Assembly (NCBI GenBank): GCA_017504785.1
Contig: JAFVQL010000010.1
Location: 25,165-89,164 of the forward strand
Length of the DNA: 64,000 nt
Direction of reading: 5' to 3'
DNA from: Clostridia bacterium
GTDB lineage: Bacteria > Bacillota > Clostridia > Oscillospirales > CAG-272
The notes beneath the pieces were generated by a model that saw only the letters and a list, made by a program, of their open reading frames with translations, had not been told where the DNA came from and ran no database searches. The translations under genes and the position numbers were made by a program. Each line of letters starts with the position of its first letter. Position 1 is the stretch's first letter. Shown in pieces: positions 7,691 to 15,381 of the stretch.

Positions 7691-9298
7691 TCAATCCACC
7701 ACAACGCGGCAAATGCCGAGATCGCTGTTTCCAAGCACCTGGATCATATCCACCAAAAGCTGATGCTCCTCTACGGGGAACTGCGTGAAGGAGAGATCCA
7801 CGGTATCCTCCGAGGGGATCGCGGCCTTGACCTTGATAAACACGTGCTCCTTCTTGAAGTAGCGAATGGTGTCCGCCATGAGCTGCTGAATGCGCGTCAT
7901 TACGTTGGGGTCTACGGGGTGGCGGAAGATGAGATGCACCTTTTTCTGCGTATAGGTGTATATCGGATCTACAGGCGAATTCGCTGCCATAGCAGCGCGG
8001 GCTTCCTCTGCCTTGCGAGCCTCTTCTGCGAGGCGGGCTTCTTCTGCGAGGCGGGCTTCTTCTGCGAGGCGAGCCTCTTCTGCGAGGCGGGCTTCTTCTG
8101 CCTTGCGAGCCTCTTCTGCAAGACGGGCTTCTTCTGCCTTGCGAGCCTCTTCTGCAAGGCGGGCTTCCTCTGCGAGGCGAGCCTCTTCTGCAAGGCGGGC
8201 TTCCTCTGCGAGGCGAGCCTCTTCTGCAAGGCGAGCTTCTTCTGCGAGGCGGGCTTCTTCTGCGAGGCGAGCCTCTTCTGCGAGGCGGGCTTCTTCTGCG
8301 AGGCGGGCTTCTTCTGCGAGGCGAGCCTCTTCTGCAAGGCGGGCTTCTTCTGCGAGGCGAGCCTCTTCTTCCTTGCGAAGCTCGATTGCTTCCAACGCCT
8401 GTGCGGCCAAGCGATCTCTTTCCTTCGCTTCCCACTCCAGCCTTGCCTGATTCTGCGCCTGGCGGCGAAGCTCGATCTCGCGCTCGGCGCGGTTCAGCTC
8501 GTGCGCCTTGATCTCTGCATCCAATGCAAGACGCTTGCGCTCCAGCTCATATTCTCTTCGCATAAGCTCCTGCTCTTTTTCAAGCATTTCCGCGCGAAGC
8601 TTTTTCTCCATTTCCGCGCGAAGCGCATCCATGTCTACGGCAGGCGCCACGGGCTCTTCAAGCGCAAAGCCTTCTTGTAAGAGTTCTTCTTCCGTTTCTT
8701 CGGTATCTGCAAGAGAAGCTTCTTCAAATGCTTCTTCCAAGTGTTCTTGTGCAACCATTTCTTCGGATGCGAAATCGAACGCCTCGTTCTCTTCGGGGGC
8801 TGCTTCAGTCACGTCTTGCGAAAAAGGCGCATCTTCCGTTTCTTCCCCGTCAAATATCTCGGCTTGCGCGCAAACTACATCCTCTTCGATCGGCGCATCT
8901 TCCGCTTCGGAAAGCGCCTCGGCCTCTTCCGATGCCTCGGCTTCCTCAAGGGATTGCTCTTCCACCTCGGTCTGCTCGAAGATCTCTTCGTCCTCGCGCG
9001 CCTCTGCGGGCGCGGCCGTATTCTCCTGCACGAAGCTACGCATATAGGCCATTGCCTTTTCATACGCCTCGTCCTTTTCCTCACAAAGCGCAATCTGCGG
9101 TGCTTCGGGCGCGGGCTGTAATTTGCCAAGGATCTCTTCAAGCTTATCCTTGATCTGCCCTGCGTGCTCCGCGACCTTTTCATCGATCGTGATCTTCGTC
9201 AGCGTTCCGCGCTTCACGGCGCGCTTAATGATCTCGCGCCATTCCGTTACATTCTTGCGCCCCATGGCCGCACGGTATTTATCCGCATCGGCCTGCAC
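7691..9298 (-). CDS. Acidic coiled-coil protein with 21 tandem EEAR[LKA]A hexapeptides, function unknown
   Basis: 535 aa from a GTG start at 9298 with a weak RBS. The order is an N-terminal basic segment, a long Glu/Asp-rich region, heptad-like REYELERKRLALDAEIKAHELNRAEREIELRR, the repeat tract, then a ~95-aa globular C-terminus (DPIYTYTQKKVHLIFRHPVDPNVMTRIQQLMADTIRYF...). Confidence 0.75.
   Translation of the reverse strand: MQADADKYRAAMGRKNVTEWREIIKRAVKRGTLTKITIDEKVAEHAGQIKDKLEEILGKLQPAPEAPQIALCEEKDEAYEKAMAYMRSFVQENTAAPAEAREDEEIFEQTEVEEQSLEEAEASEEAEALSEAEDAPIEEDVVCAQAEIFDGEETEDAPFSQDVTEAAPEENEAFDFASEEMVAQEHLEEAFEEASLADTEETEEELLQEGFALEEPVAPAVDMDALRAEMEKKLRAEMLEKEQELMRREYELERKRLALDAEIKAHELNRAEREIELRRQAQNQARLEWEAKERDRLAAQALEAIELRKEEEARLAEEARLAEEARLAEEARLAEEARLAEEARLAEEARLAEEARLAEEARLAEEARLAEEARLAEEARLAEEARKAEEARLAEEARKAEEARLAEEARLAEEARLAEEARLAEEARKAEEARAAMAANSPVDPIYTYTQKKVHLIFRHPVDPNVMTRIQQLMADTIRYFKKEHVFIKVKAAIPSEDTVDLSFTQFPVEEHQLLVDMIQVLGNSDLGICRVVVD
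7991..8368. repeat. Tandem 18-bp repeat x21 (encodes EEARLA x17, EEARKA x3, EEARAA x1 on the minus strand)
   Basis: 378 nt of units such as GCGAGGCGGGCTTCTTCT, GCGAGGCGAGCCTCTTCT and GCAAGGCGGGCTTCCTCT. The units differ mostly at synonymous positions. All six frames are open here, which produces several spurious track ORFs. Confidence 0.95.
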
Positions 9299-9313
9299 GA
9301 GGAATCGGTATTC

Positions 9314-9754
9314 CTACTCGCGCACCTTCTGCGGCACGTCCTCTCCGAGCGTGAAGCGGATCTCGCCCGCCGCCACGTCATCACAGACCGTGAAGTTTCT
9401 TCCCTCTCCCACACGTTGCCAACGGATCCAAAGATCCTTGATCGCGCGTCCGCTCTCCGAGATCAGAAGGCGGCGATAGGTAAACTCCCCCTGCGGATGC
9501 TCCATATAGGTCCCCGGTGCAAATACGAGCTGCAATGCGATATCGCTCTTGGCAAGCCCCGAGATCATCATGCGGCTCTCGATCTCTGCCGTCAGCTGGA
9601 TCGCCATTTCGCTTACAAAGCTTGACGAATAAGTATTTTCAAGATACGCCGCATCGGTTGCCGCGATTTTGAAGGACATCGCGCCCGCTACGGCAAGCTC
9701 TACCTCTGCCATAGCCGCTCCGTCTGCGGTTTTATGTAAAAAATCGGTACGCAT
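9314..9754 (-). CDS. Hypothetical protein (146 aa), first gene of the 9754->5126 operon
   Basis: ATG 9754 has AGGAGA 7 nt upstream, and the next gene starts 15 nt after its stop. I recognised no motif. Confidence 0.65.
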   Translation of the reverse strand: MRTDFLHKTADGAAMAEVELAVAGAMSFKIAATDAAYLENTYSSSFVSEMAIQLTAEIESRMMISGLAKSDIALQLVFAPGTYMEHPQGEFTYRRLLISESGRAIKDLWIRWQRVGEGRNFTVCDDVAAGEIRFTLGEDVPQKVRE

Positions 9755-9934
9755 GAAACGTCTCCTTATATTATTCTTTTAATTATTTTAACATAAATAA
9801 AACGAAAAAGCAACAGTTTTTTGTCATTTTCCGCGCATGCAAAAAAATATTTTTGAAAATATTTCAAAGATTTTCCGCTCGCGATGAAAGGGTTTTGTTT
9901 TTTGATTTCGCGTTCCCGATCTTTGAGAAAAAAG

Positions 9935-10057
9935 AAAACGCGAGAAATTCGCAGAATTTCAACCTTGATCCAAAAAAGCGCATCAAAAAGAGAACGGAGA
10001 TAAAGACTTTTTTTCGTCCTTATCTCCGTTTTTTATTCGGTTATGCCAAAAGGCGTT
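9935..10057 (+). repeat. Extra copy of the 3' module (hairpin P2 + terminator) of the intergenic element
   Basis: About 98% identical to 10152-10276, with a 217-bp offset. It contains hairpin GAAATTC-gca-GAATTTC (9944-9960) and the terminator stem GGAGATAAAGAC/GTCCTTATCTCC (9996-10027) followed by TTTTTT. Confidence 0.9.
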
Positions 10058-10063
10058 AACATT

Positions 10064-10262
10064 GGGGCAATACGGATTTTCGGCAGAAATTTTCGGCTAA
10101 CGACCGAGAGCGGTATTTTCATACCGCGAGGGAGGAAACGAAAATAGAATAAAAACGGGAGAAATTCGCAGAATTTCAACCTTGATCCAAAAAAAAGCGC
10201 ATCAAGAAGAGAACGGAGATAAAGACTTTTTTTCGTCCTTATCTCCGTTTTTTATTCGGTTA
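10064..10262 (+). ncRNA. Candidate structured RNA / modular intergenic element, copy A (unassigned family)
   Basis: Homologous to 52488-52697. Hairpin P1 is GCGGTAT-tttc-ATACCGC (10110-10127). Hairpin P2 is GAAATTC-gca-GAATTTC (10161-10177). A rho-independent terminator sits at 10215-10246 and is followed by a T-tract. Both flanking genes are on the minus strand, so this would be a separate + strand unit. Confidence 0.5.
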
Positions 10263-10291
10263 TGCCAAAAGGCGTTTGCCCCAAAAAAAGA

Positions 10292-11257
10292 TTATTTTTG
10301 GAGAAGGTGAATAGCAAATCCCGCGATCTCGTCCTTAAAGTAAACGAACTTGGGCTTGCCGGTCTTCTCGTCGTAAGTAATGGAGCTTTCGTCAAATTCG
10401 ATGCCCATTCTCTTGAAATATGCCATTGCACGGTCTACGAAATTGGTGCGGATCGCAATGTGACCGCACTTGCCGGGGCCCTTCTGCTTCATGAATTCGA
10501 ATGCATCGCCTGCGAAGATGGACTTGCTTCCATCCTTCAATGCAAGGCCGAACATCATCTCGAAGAGCTTTGCAGCCTTTGCAGCCTCGTCGGCATTCTC
10601 GTTATTGATACCCATGTGAAGGAACTCAAGACCGAGCATGGTCTTCACCGCATTCTTCGTCAGCGCGGTGATCTCATCCCACTTCTTCTCTCTGATCAGG
10701 TCATCCTTTACCATGAAGGAGCCGCCGCAAGCAACGATCTTGTTAAACTTGAGGTACTCAAGAAGGTTATCGGCGCTGATACCGCCGGTGGGCATGAACT
10801 TCAGCTGACCGTAGGGCGCGGCCATAGCCTTCAGCATCTTCAGGCCGCCTGCCGCCTCTGCGGGGAAAAACTTAACCGTGGTCAGACCAAGCTCAAGCGC
10901 CGCCTCAACGTCCGAGGGGTTGGAGCAACCGGGGAGCATGGGAACACCTTTGGAAAGGCAGTACGAGGTAACCTTGGGATTGAGTCCGGGAGAAACGAGG
11001 AACTTGGAGCCTGCCGCGATCGCCGCATCTACCTGCTCCGTGGTCAGCACCGTGCCGGCGCCAACGAGCATTTCGGGATAAGCCTCGGTGATCTTCTTGA
11101 TCGCCTCTGCCGCACAAGCGGTACGGAAGGTGATCTCCGCTGCGGGCAATCCGCCGTCGATCAGCGCCTTTGCAAGGGGAAGCGCATCGTCTGCATTCTC
11201 GATCTTAATCACCGGGATCAGACCGATGGAATAAAGCTGTTCAATCATCTTGTTCAT
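10292..11257 (-). CDS. eda: KDPG/KHG aldolase (Eda) fused to a C-terminal VOC/glyoxalase-like domain
   Basis: ORF 10292..11284. I moved the start to ATG 11257 (MNKMIEQLYSIGLIPVI), which has RBS AAGGAG. Aldolase motifs: GLPAAEITFRT, GAGTVL, KFFPAE, PTGGI. An extra ~110 aa follows (LGLEFLHMGINNEN...GHIAIRTNFVDRAMAYF...FAIHLLQK). Confidence 0.85.
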   Translation of the reverse strand: MNKMIEQLYSIGLIPVIKIENADDALPLAKALIDGGLPAAEITFRTACAAEAIKKITEAYPEMLVGAGTVLTTEQVDAAIAAGSKFLVSPGLNPKVTSYCLSKGVPMLPGCSNPSDVEAALELGLTTVKFFPAEAAGGLKMLKAMAAPYGQLKFMPTGGISADNLLEYLKFNKIVACGGSFMVKDDLIREKKWDEITALTKNAVKTMLGLEFLHMGINNENADEAAKAAKLFEMMFGLALKDGSKSIFAGDAFEFMKQKGPGKCGHIAIRTNFVDRAMAYFKRMGIEFDESSITYDEKTGKPKFVYFKDEIAGFAIHLLQK

Positions 11258-11393
11258 AACAAGTCTCCTTTGTTTTATTATCACTTATCATTATACTATA
11301 ATCCTCCCCCTCTAACAATTGCAAAAATTGACCAAGGCTTTGCAAATATTGCCCTCAAAAAAGAAAGTTTTGGGACCAAGCGGAGAAAAGGCA

Positions 11394-11422
11394 TTGACAA
11401 GCGTTGCGCTTTGCGGTATAAT
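11394..11422 (+). promoter_or_regulatory. Consensus sigma-A promoter of the wHTH-addB operon
   Basis: TTGACA (11394-11399), 17-nt spacer, TATAAT (11417-11422). Confidence 0.75.
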
Positions 11423-11433
11423 AAATCCGAAGT

Positions 11434-11449
11434 TTCTAATAAATTAGAA
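11434..11449. promoter_or_regulatory. 16-bp palindrome TTCTAATAAATTAGAA at about +5..+20 of the promoter (putative operator)
   Basis: A perfect 7-bp-arm palindrome lying between the -10 element and the start codon. The identical 16-mer occurs at 833..848. Confidence 0.45.
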
Positions 11450-11454
11450 TTGAG

Positions 11455-12039
11455 GTGAAGTCGGTGAACGGAGTTTTGAAGATCGTTACCCGCGATGTTT
11501 TTCTCGGACAAAAGCTATACAGAGAGCTTTCCTCGCGCTTTTCGCACGTAGAGATCGCCGAGAATCCGAGCGGTACTGCCGATCTTTGGCTTTTTGACAC
11601 GCGCACGCATAAGCCCGAGGCAGATGCACCGCAGTTCTTTTATCTTGCCGCAGATACGAAAGCGCTCCCCGAGGAGCGCACGCTTCCCCTCCCGCTCCCC
11701 ATCGGACTTGCCGAAAAGATGCTGGGGCAGAAAAAAGCATCGCCGCTGATCCTTTTGGAAAACGAGCGCGCCTTGCGGCTTTACGGAAGGCAAATCAAGC
11801 TGACCGAGGTGGAATACGCCCTGCTTCGCGCCATCGTGGAGGCGGACGGCGCGTTTATCTCGCGCGAGGCGCTAAAGAGCGCCGTATGGGGCGCGGAAAG
11901 CTCCGAGGGAGTTTTGAACGTTTACATTCATTATCTGCGCGAAAAGCTGGAGCGTGATGGCGAAAAGGTGATCCTTTCCTCCCGCAAATCCGGCTACGCG
12001 CTTGCAGAGAAATTCAAAAGGGGGAGTGGCGCATGCTGA
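11455..12039 (+). CDS. OmpR/PhoB-type winged-helix DNA-binding protein with a short degenerate receiver-like N-terminus
   Basis: The C-terminal half, RLYGRQIKLTEVEYALLRAIVEADGAFISREALKSAVWG...VLNVYIHYLREKLERDGEKVILSSRKSGYAL, is a Trans_reg_C-like wHTH. The N-terminal ~90 aa lacks the acidic DD pocket. The start is GTG 11455 or, with better RBS spacing, GTG 11464. The stop overlaps the addB ATG (ATGCTGA). Confidence 0.75.
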   Translation: MKSVNGVLKIVTRDVFLGQKLYRELSSRFSHVEIAENPSGTADLWLFDTRTHKPEADAPQFFYLAADTKALPEERTLPLPLPIGLAEKMLGQKKASPLILLENERALRLYGRQIKLTEVEYALLRAIVEADGAFISREALKSAVWGAESSEGVLNVYIHYLREKLERDGEKVILSSRKSGYALAEKFKRGSGAC

Positions 12040-15000
12040 CGATCATTCAAGGCGGCTTTTACGCCGACACGGCGCGCGAGCTGCGTGCGCGCATTGAGGC
12101 GCGCATCCGCGCAAGTAAGCCCTCTTTGCTTTTGGTTCCCGAGCAACAGACCGTGACGGCGGAAAGCGAATACGCGCGATGCCTTCCCAAAAATGCACCG
12201 CTTTTCTTCGAGGTCATAAATTTCACAAGACTTCCCAACCGCATCTTCCGCGAGATCGGCGGCCTTTCGGACAACTATTCGAGCGAAACCGTCAAAGCAC
12301 TTTTGATGTGGCGCACGCTTACCGAGCTTGCCCCGCTTCTCAGTCCTTCCTATGGAAGGGTGAGCGATGGTACGGTGGAAAAGGCACTTGCCGCAAGCAA
12401 GGAAATGCGCGCGCTCTGCCTCGATGCGCCCACGCTTTCGGAGGCGGCGGAGGCCGCCGCCGCGGAGCATCCGCGCCTCAGCGAAAAGCTCCTCGATCTT
12501 TCAAAGATCCTCGCCATGTTCCATACCTTGCACGATGAAAAATACCGCGACAGCGGCGCGGACGTGCTCGCTATGGTCAAAAAGCTTCGCGAATGCCCCG
12601 CGCTCCTTGCGGGCACGGAGATCTTCATTGACGGCTTTACCTCCTTCACGGAGGAGCAATACCGCGTTTTAGAGGTGCTTTTAAAAGCGACGGACCTGAC
12701 CCTCACGCTCAAGATCCCGAAGAACGCGGAGGACGGCTTTGAATTTACCGAGCCGCGCACCGTGCGCGAAAAGATAACGGCGCTCGCCGCAAAATCCGAC
12801 TGTGAGGTGCATATAAAAAAGGTGGACGGAAGTACAGAGGCACCCTTGCTTTTACAGAGTGTTCTCCCTCTCCTTTGGCGGTCAAACGGAACAATTGACA
12901 ATGATTATTTACAAAAAGACACAAATTCCTTAAAAATATACAAGGCACCGACACCGTACGACATGGCGACCTTCGTGGCACAGGATATACGGCGGCGCGT
13001 GAAGGAGGAAGGCTGCCGCTACCGCGATTTCGCGATCGTTTATTCCAAAGCATCGGCCTGCGAGGGCCTTTTGGAGGTTGCTCTTCGCAAGGCGCACGTG
13101 CCCTCCACCCTGCACACGAAGCGAGAATGTGCATCCTTCGAGGCCATCAAGCTGATCGATGCCGCTTACAGCACGGTGAGCGCGGGATTTCGGCAAAGCG
13201 ACCTGCTTTCGTATGCGAAATGCGGGATTTCGGGCATCGAGCCGGACGCCGTTTGCGAATTCGAGCTTTACTGCGAGCGCTGGCAGCTTGAGGGGCGCGC
13301 TTTCCTTTCGGAGGCGGCGTGGAACATGCATCCCTTCGGCTACGGCGCGCAGGAAACCGAAGAAAGCATAAGCATGCTTCTTTCGGTGAATGAAACCAAG
13401 GAAAAGCTGCTCGGACCTCTGCGAGCCTTTGCAGAGGATACGAAGGCGGCAAGCACCGTTAAGGATCACGCCCATGCGCTCGTACACCTGCTTTCCGAGC
13501 TTTCTCTGGAAAGCAATCTCGCACTTCGCGCCGAGGCGCTCCGCTGCTTCGGAGAGCACGAGGAGGCGGAGGAAAACGAGAGACTTTTCGGGATCATCTT
13601 AAATTCTCTGGATACGCTGGTGGAGACGTTGGGAGACTTCCCCGCGGACGCGCGTGTGTTCCGCTCTTTGCTCGGCATTATTTTCCGCTCCGTGGATATG
13701 GGGCATATCCCCGCACTTTTCGACGCCGTCAGCGCGGGTACGGCAGATCTTTTGCGCCCCGCCGACATCCGACACGTGTATCTGATCGGCGTGAATGCGG
13801 GCGAATTTCCCATGCATCCCTCGGATAGCGGCGCGCTCACGGTTTCCGACAGAGAATGCCTGAAGGCTCTCGGCTTTTCCACCGAGGCATCAAGAGAGGT
13901 GCAAAGCGCAAGAGAGCTGTATAGCTTTTCGCGTGCCTTTGCGATGGGAAAGGAAAGCGTTACGCTTCTCTATACGGAGCGCGACAGCGCTTACACCTTA
14001 ACGCCGCCCGCCGACGCGATCGCAAGGATCGGCGCCATTACGGACGGTGCCGTAATGCCGATCTTTACGGACGCGCTCGATGCACAGCACCGCTTTTATA
14101 CGGCGGAGGCGGCCATGGAGGGCTACGATCGGATGAACGAAAAGGAGCGCGCCGCCGTTACCGAGGCGCTCGTACGCACGGGATACGGCGATGCACTCAC
14201 CGTTCTTTCGCGCCGACTTAAAAACGACTCCCTGCATATTGGCAAGGACACGGCGGCCGCGCTCTACCGCGGCGCGATGGCACTGACACAAAGCCGACTT
14301 GACAGCTACGTGCAATGCCCCTTCAAGCATTTCTGCACCTACACGCTAAAGCTCACGGAGGAGCGCCGCGCAAGGCTCGACAATCTGAATATCGGAACCT
14401 TTCTCCACGCCATTTTGGAAAGATTCCTTTCCGATATAAAAAAGGAAGGAATCGATCACAGCCTGATCACGCCGGAGGAACGCCGCGCGCGCGTGGAAAA
14501 CATTGCAAGAGAGGAAAGCGAGCGGCTGCTTCGCTGCACGGGCACGCGAAAAAAGCGCGAGGCTCTGCAGATCGGGCGACTGACGAAGGCGGCCGAGATC
14601 ATGGCGGAAAGCCTTTGCCGCGAGTTTTCGCACAAGGACGGCTTCAAGCCCGCCTTCTTCGAGCTTCGGATCGGCACAGAGGGGGGCCCGCGCCCGCCCA
14701 AGCTCCAAACGCCGGACGGAGAAGCGGTTTATATTTACGGAACGATCGACCGCGTGGACGCTTTGCGCGCGGGAGATGACGTGTACCTGCGCGTGGTGGA
14801 CTACAAAACAGGAAAGAAGAGCTTTTCCCCGAGCGATCTTGAGAAGGGAGAGAACATGCAGATGTTCCTCTATCTTCGCTCTTTGACCGAGGATCCGACC
14901 AAGGCGCTTAAGGAGACGCTCGGCGTTCCCGAGGGGGGGCGCATTCTGCCCGCGGGCGCGCTCTATATGAACGCATTGACCGAGGACAAAAATCAGCCAA

Positions 15001-15323
15001 CGCCACCGCCCGAGGATCGAAGGATCGAAATGGCGGACAGCCGCAGCGGTATGCTTCTCGACGATCCGATCTCGCTTCAAGGCATGCATCCCGATTTTCT
15101 TCCCATTAAATATAATAAAGACGGAAGCATCTCTGCCACCTCGAAGAAAAATCTATACACGCTGAAGGAGTGGGATACGCTGATGGAAGGTCTTTCCGGC
15201 GTTGTGGAAGACATCGCGGGGCGCATGAAATGCGGCGACATTTCGGCAAGCCCCAAAAAGCAAAAAACGCTATCCCCCTGCGAGCATTGTGCCTATAAAG
15301 CCGTGTGCCGCAGCTCCGTTTAA
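12033..15323 (+). CDS. addB: AddB-type helicase-nuclease subunit (degenerate Walker A, Fe-S nuclease domain)
   Basis: 1096 aa. The C-terminal PD-(D/E)XK motif is VVDYKTGKK. It is flanked by the AddB four-Cys iron staple (YVQCPFKHF upstream; SPCEHCAYKAVC downstream). The N-terminus reads IIQGGFYADT where AddB normally has GxxGxGKT. No addA is adjacent. Confidence 0.8.
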   Translation: MLTIIQGGFYADTARELRARIEARIRASKPSLLLVPEQQTVTAESEYARCLPKNAPLFFEVINFTRLPNRIFREIGGLSDNYSSETVKALLMWRTLTELAPLLSPSYGRVSDGTVEKALAASKEMRALCLDAPTLSEAAEAAAAEHPRLSEKLLDLSKILAMFHTLHDEKYRDSGADVLAMVKKLRECPALLAGTEIFIDGFTSFTEEQYRVLEVLLKATDLTLTLKIPKNAEDGFEFTEPRTVREKITALAAKSDCEVHIKKVDGSTEAPLLLQSVLPLLWRSNGTIDNDYLQKDTNSLKIYKAPTPYDMATFVAQDIRRRVKEEGCRYRDFAIVYSKASACEGLLEVALRKAHVPSTLHTKRECASFEAIKLIDAAYSTVSAGFRQSDLLSYAKCGISGIEPDAVCEFELYCERWQLEGRAFLSEAAWNMHPFGYGAQETEESISMLLSVNETKEKLLGPLRAFAEDTKAASTVKDHAHALVHLLSELSLESNLALRAEALRCFGEHEEAEENERLFGIILNSLDTLVETLGDFPADARVFRSLLGIIFRSVDMGHIPALFDAVSAGTADLLRPADIRHVYLIGVNAGEFPMHPSDSGALTVSDRECLKALGFSTEASREVQSARELYSFSRAFAMGKESVTLLYTERDSAYTLTPPADAIARIGAITDGAVMPIFTDALDAQHRFYTAEAAMEGYDRMNEKERAAVTEALVRTGYGDALTVLSRRLKNDSLHIGKDTAAALYRGAMALTQSRLDSYVQCPFKHFCTYTLKLTEERRARLDNLNIGTFLHAILERFLSDIKKEGIDHSLITPEERRARVENIAREESERLLRCTGTRKKREALQIGRLTKAAEIMAESLCREFSHKDGFKPAFFELRIGTEGGPRPPKLQTPDGEAVYIYGTIDRVDALRAGDDVYLRVVDYKTGKKSFSPSDLEKGENMQMFLYLRSLTEDPTKALKETLGVPEGGRILPAGALYMNALTEDKNQPTPPPEDRRIEMADSRSGMLLDDPISLQGMHPDFLPIKYNKDGSISATSKKNLYTLKEWDTLMEGLSGVVEDIAGRMKCGDISASPKKQKTLSPCEHCAYKAVCRSSV

Positions 15324-15340
15324 CTAAAAAGCATTAAAAA

Positions 15341-15379
15341 AAGAACGCGGTCGCACCGAGAAAGGGCAACCGCGTTCTT
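15341..15379. terminator. Bidirectional terminator between convergent addB and the feo operon
   Basis: The 11-bp stem AAGAACGCGGT / ACCGCGTTCTT has an A-run upstream and a T-rich stretch downstream, so it reads as hairpin plus U-tract on both strands. Confidence 0.75.
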
Positions 15380-15381
15380 TA

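Noticed and set aside
7686-8680. Several long ORFs in other frames and strands over the 18-bp repeat tract (RRSPP-, ASSARR- and QKKPAS-type low-complexity proteins)
   Set aside because: They are artefacts of a tandem repeat that lacks stop codons in all six frames. Only the EEARLA frame continues into non-repetitive, coiled-coil and globular sequence with a plausible operon context.
9853-10059. 68-aa + ORF (MKIFQRFSARDERV...) covering the first repeat module
   Set aside because: It has a TTG start without an RBS. It reads straight through a terminator hairpin, and the near-identical second module is not in an equivalent open frame.
10262-11458. 398-aa + strand ORF across the eda locus
   Set aside because: It is antisense to the Eda-VOC gene, which has clear aldolase motifs and a proper RBS. 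The + ORF starts inside the intergenic repeat tail and has no RBS.
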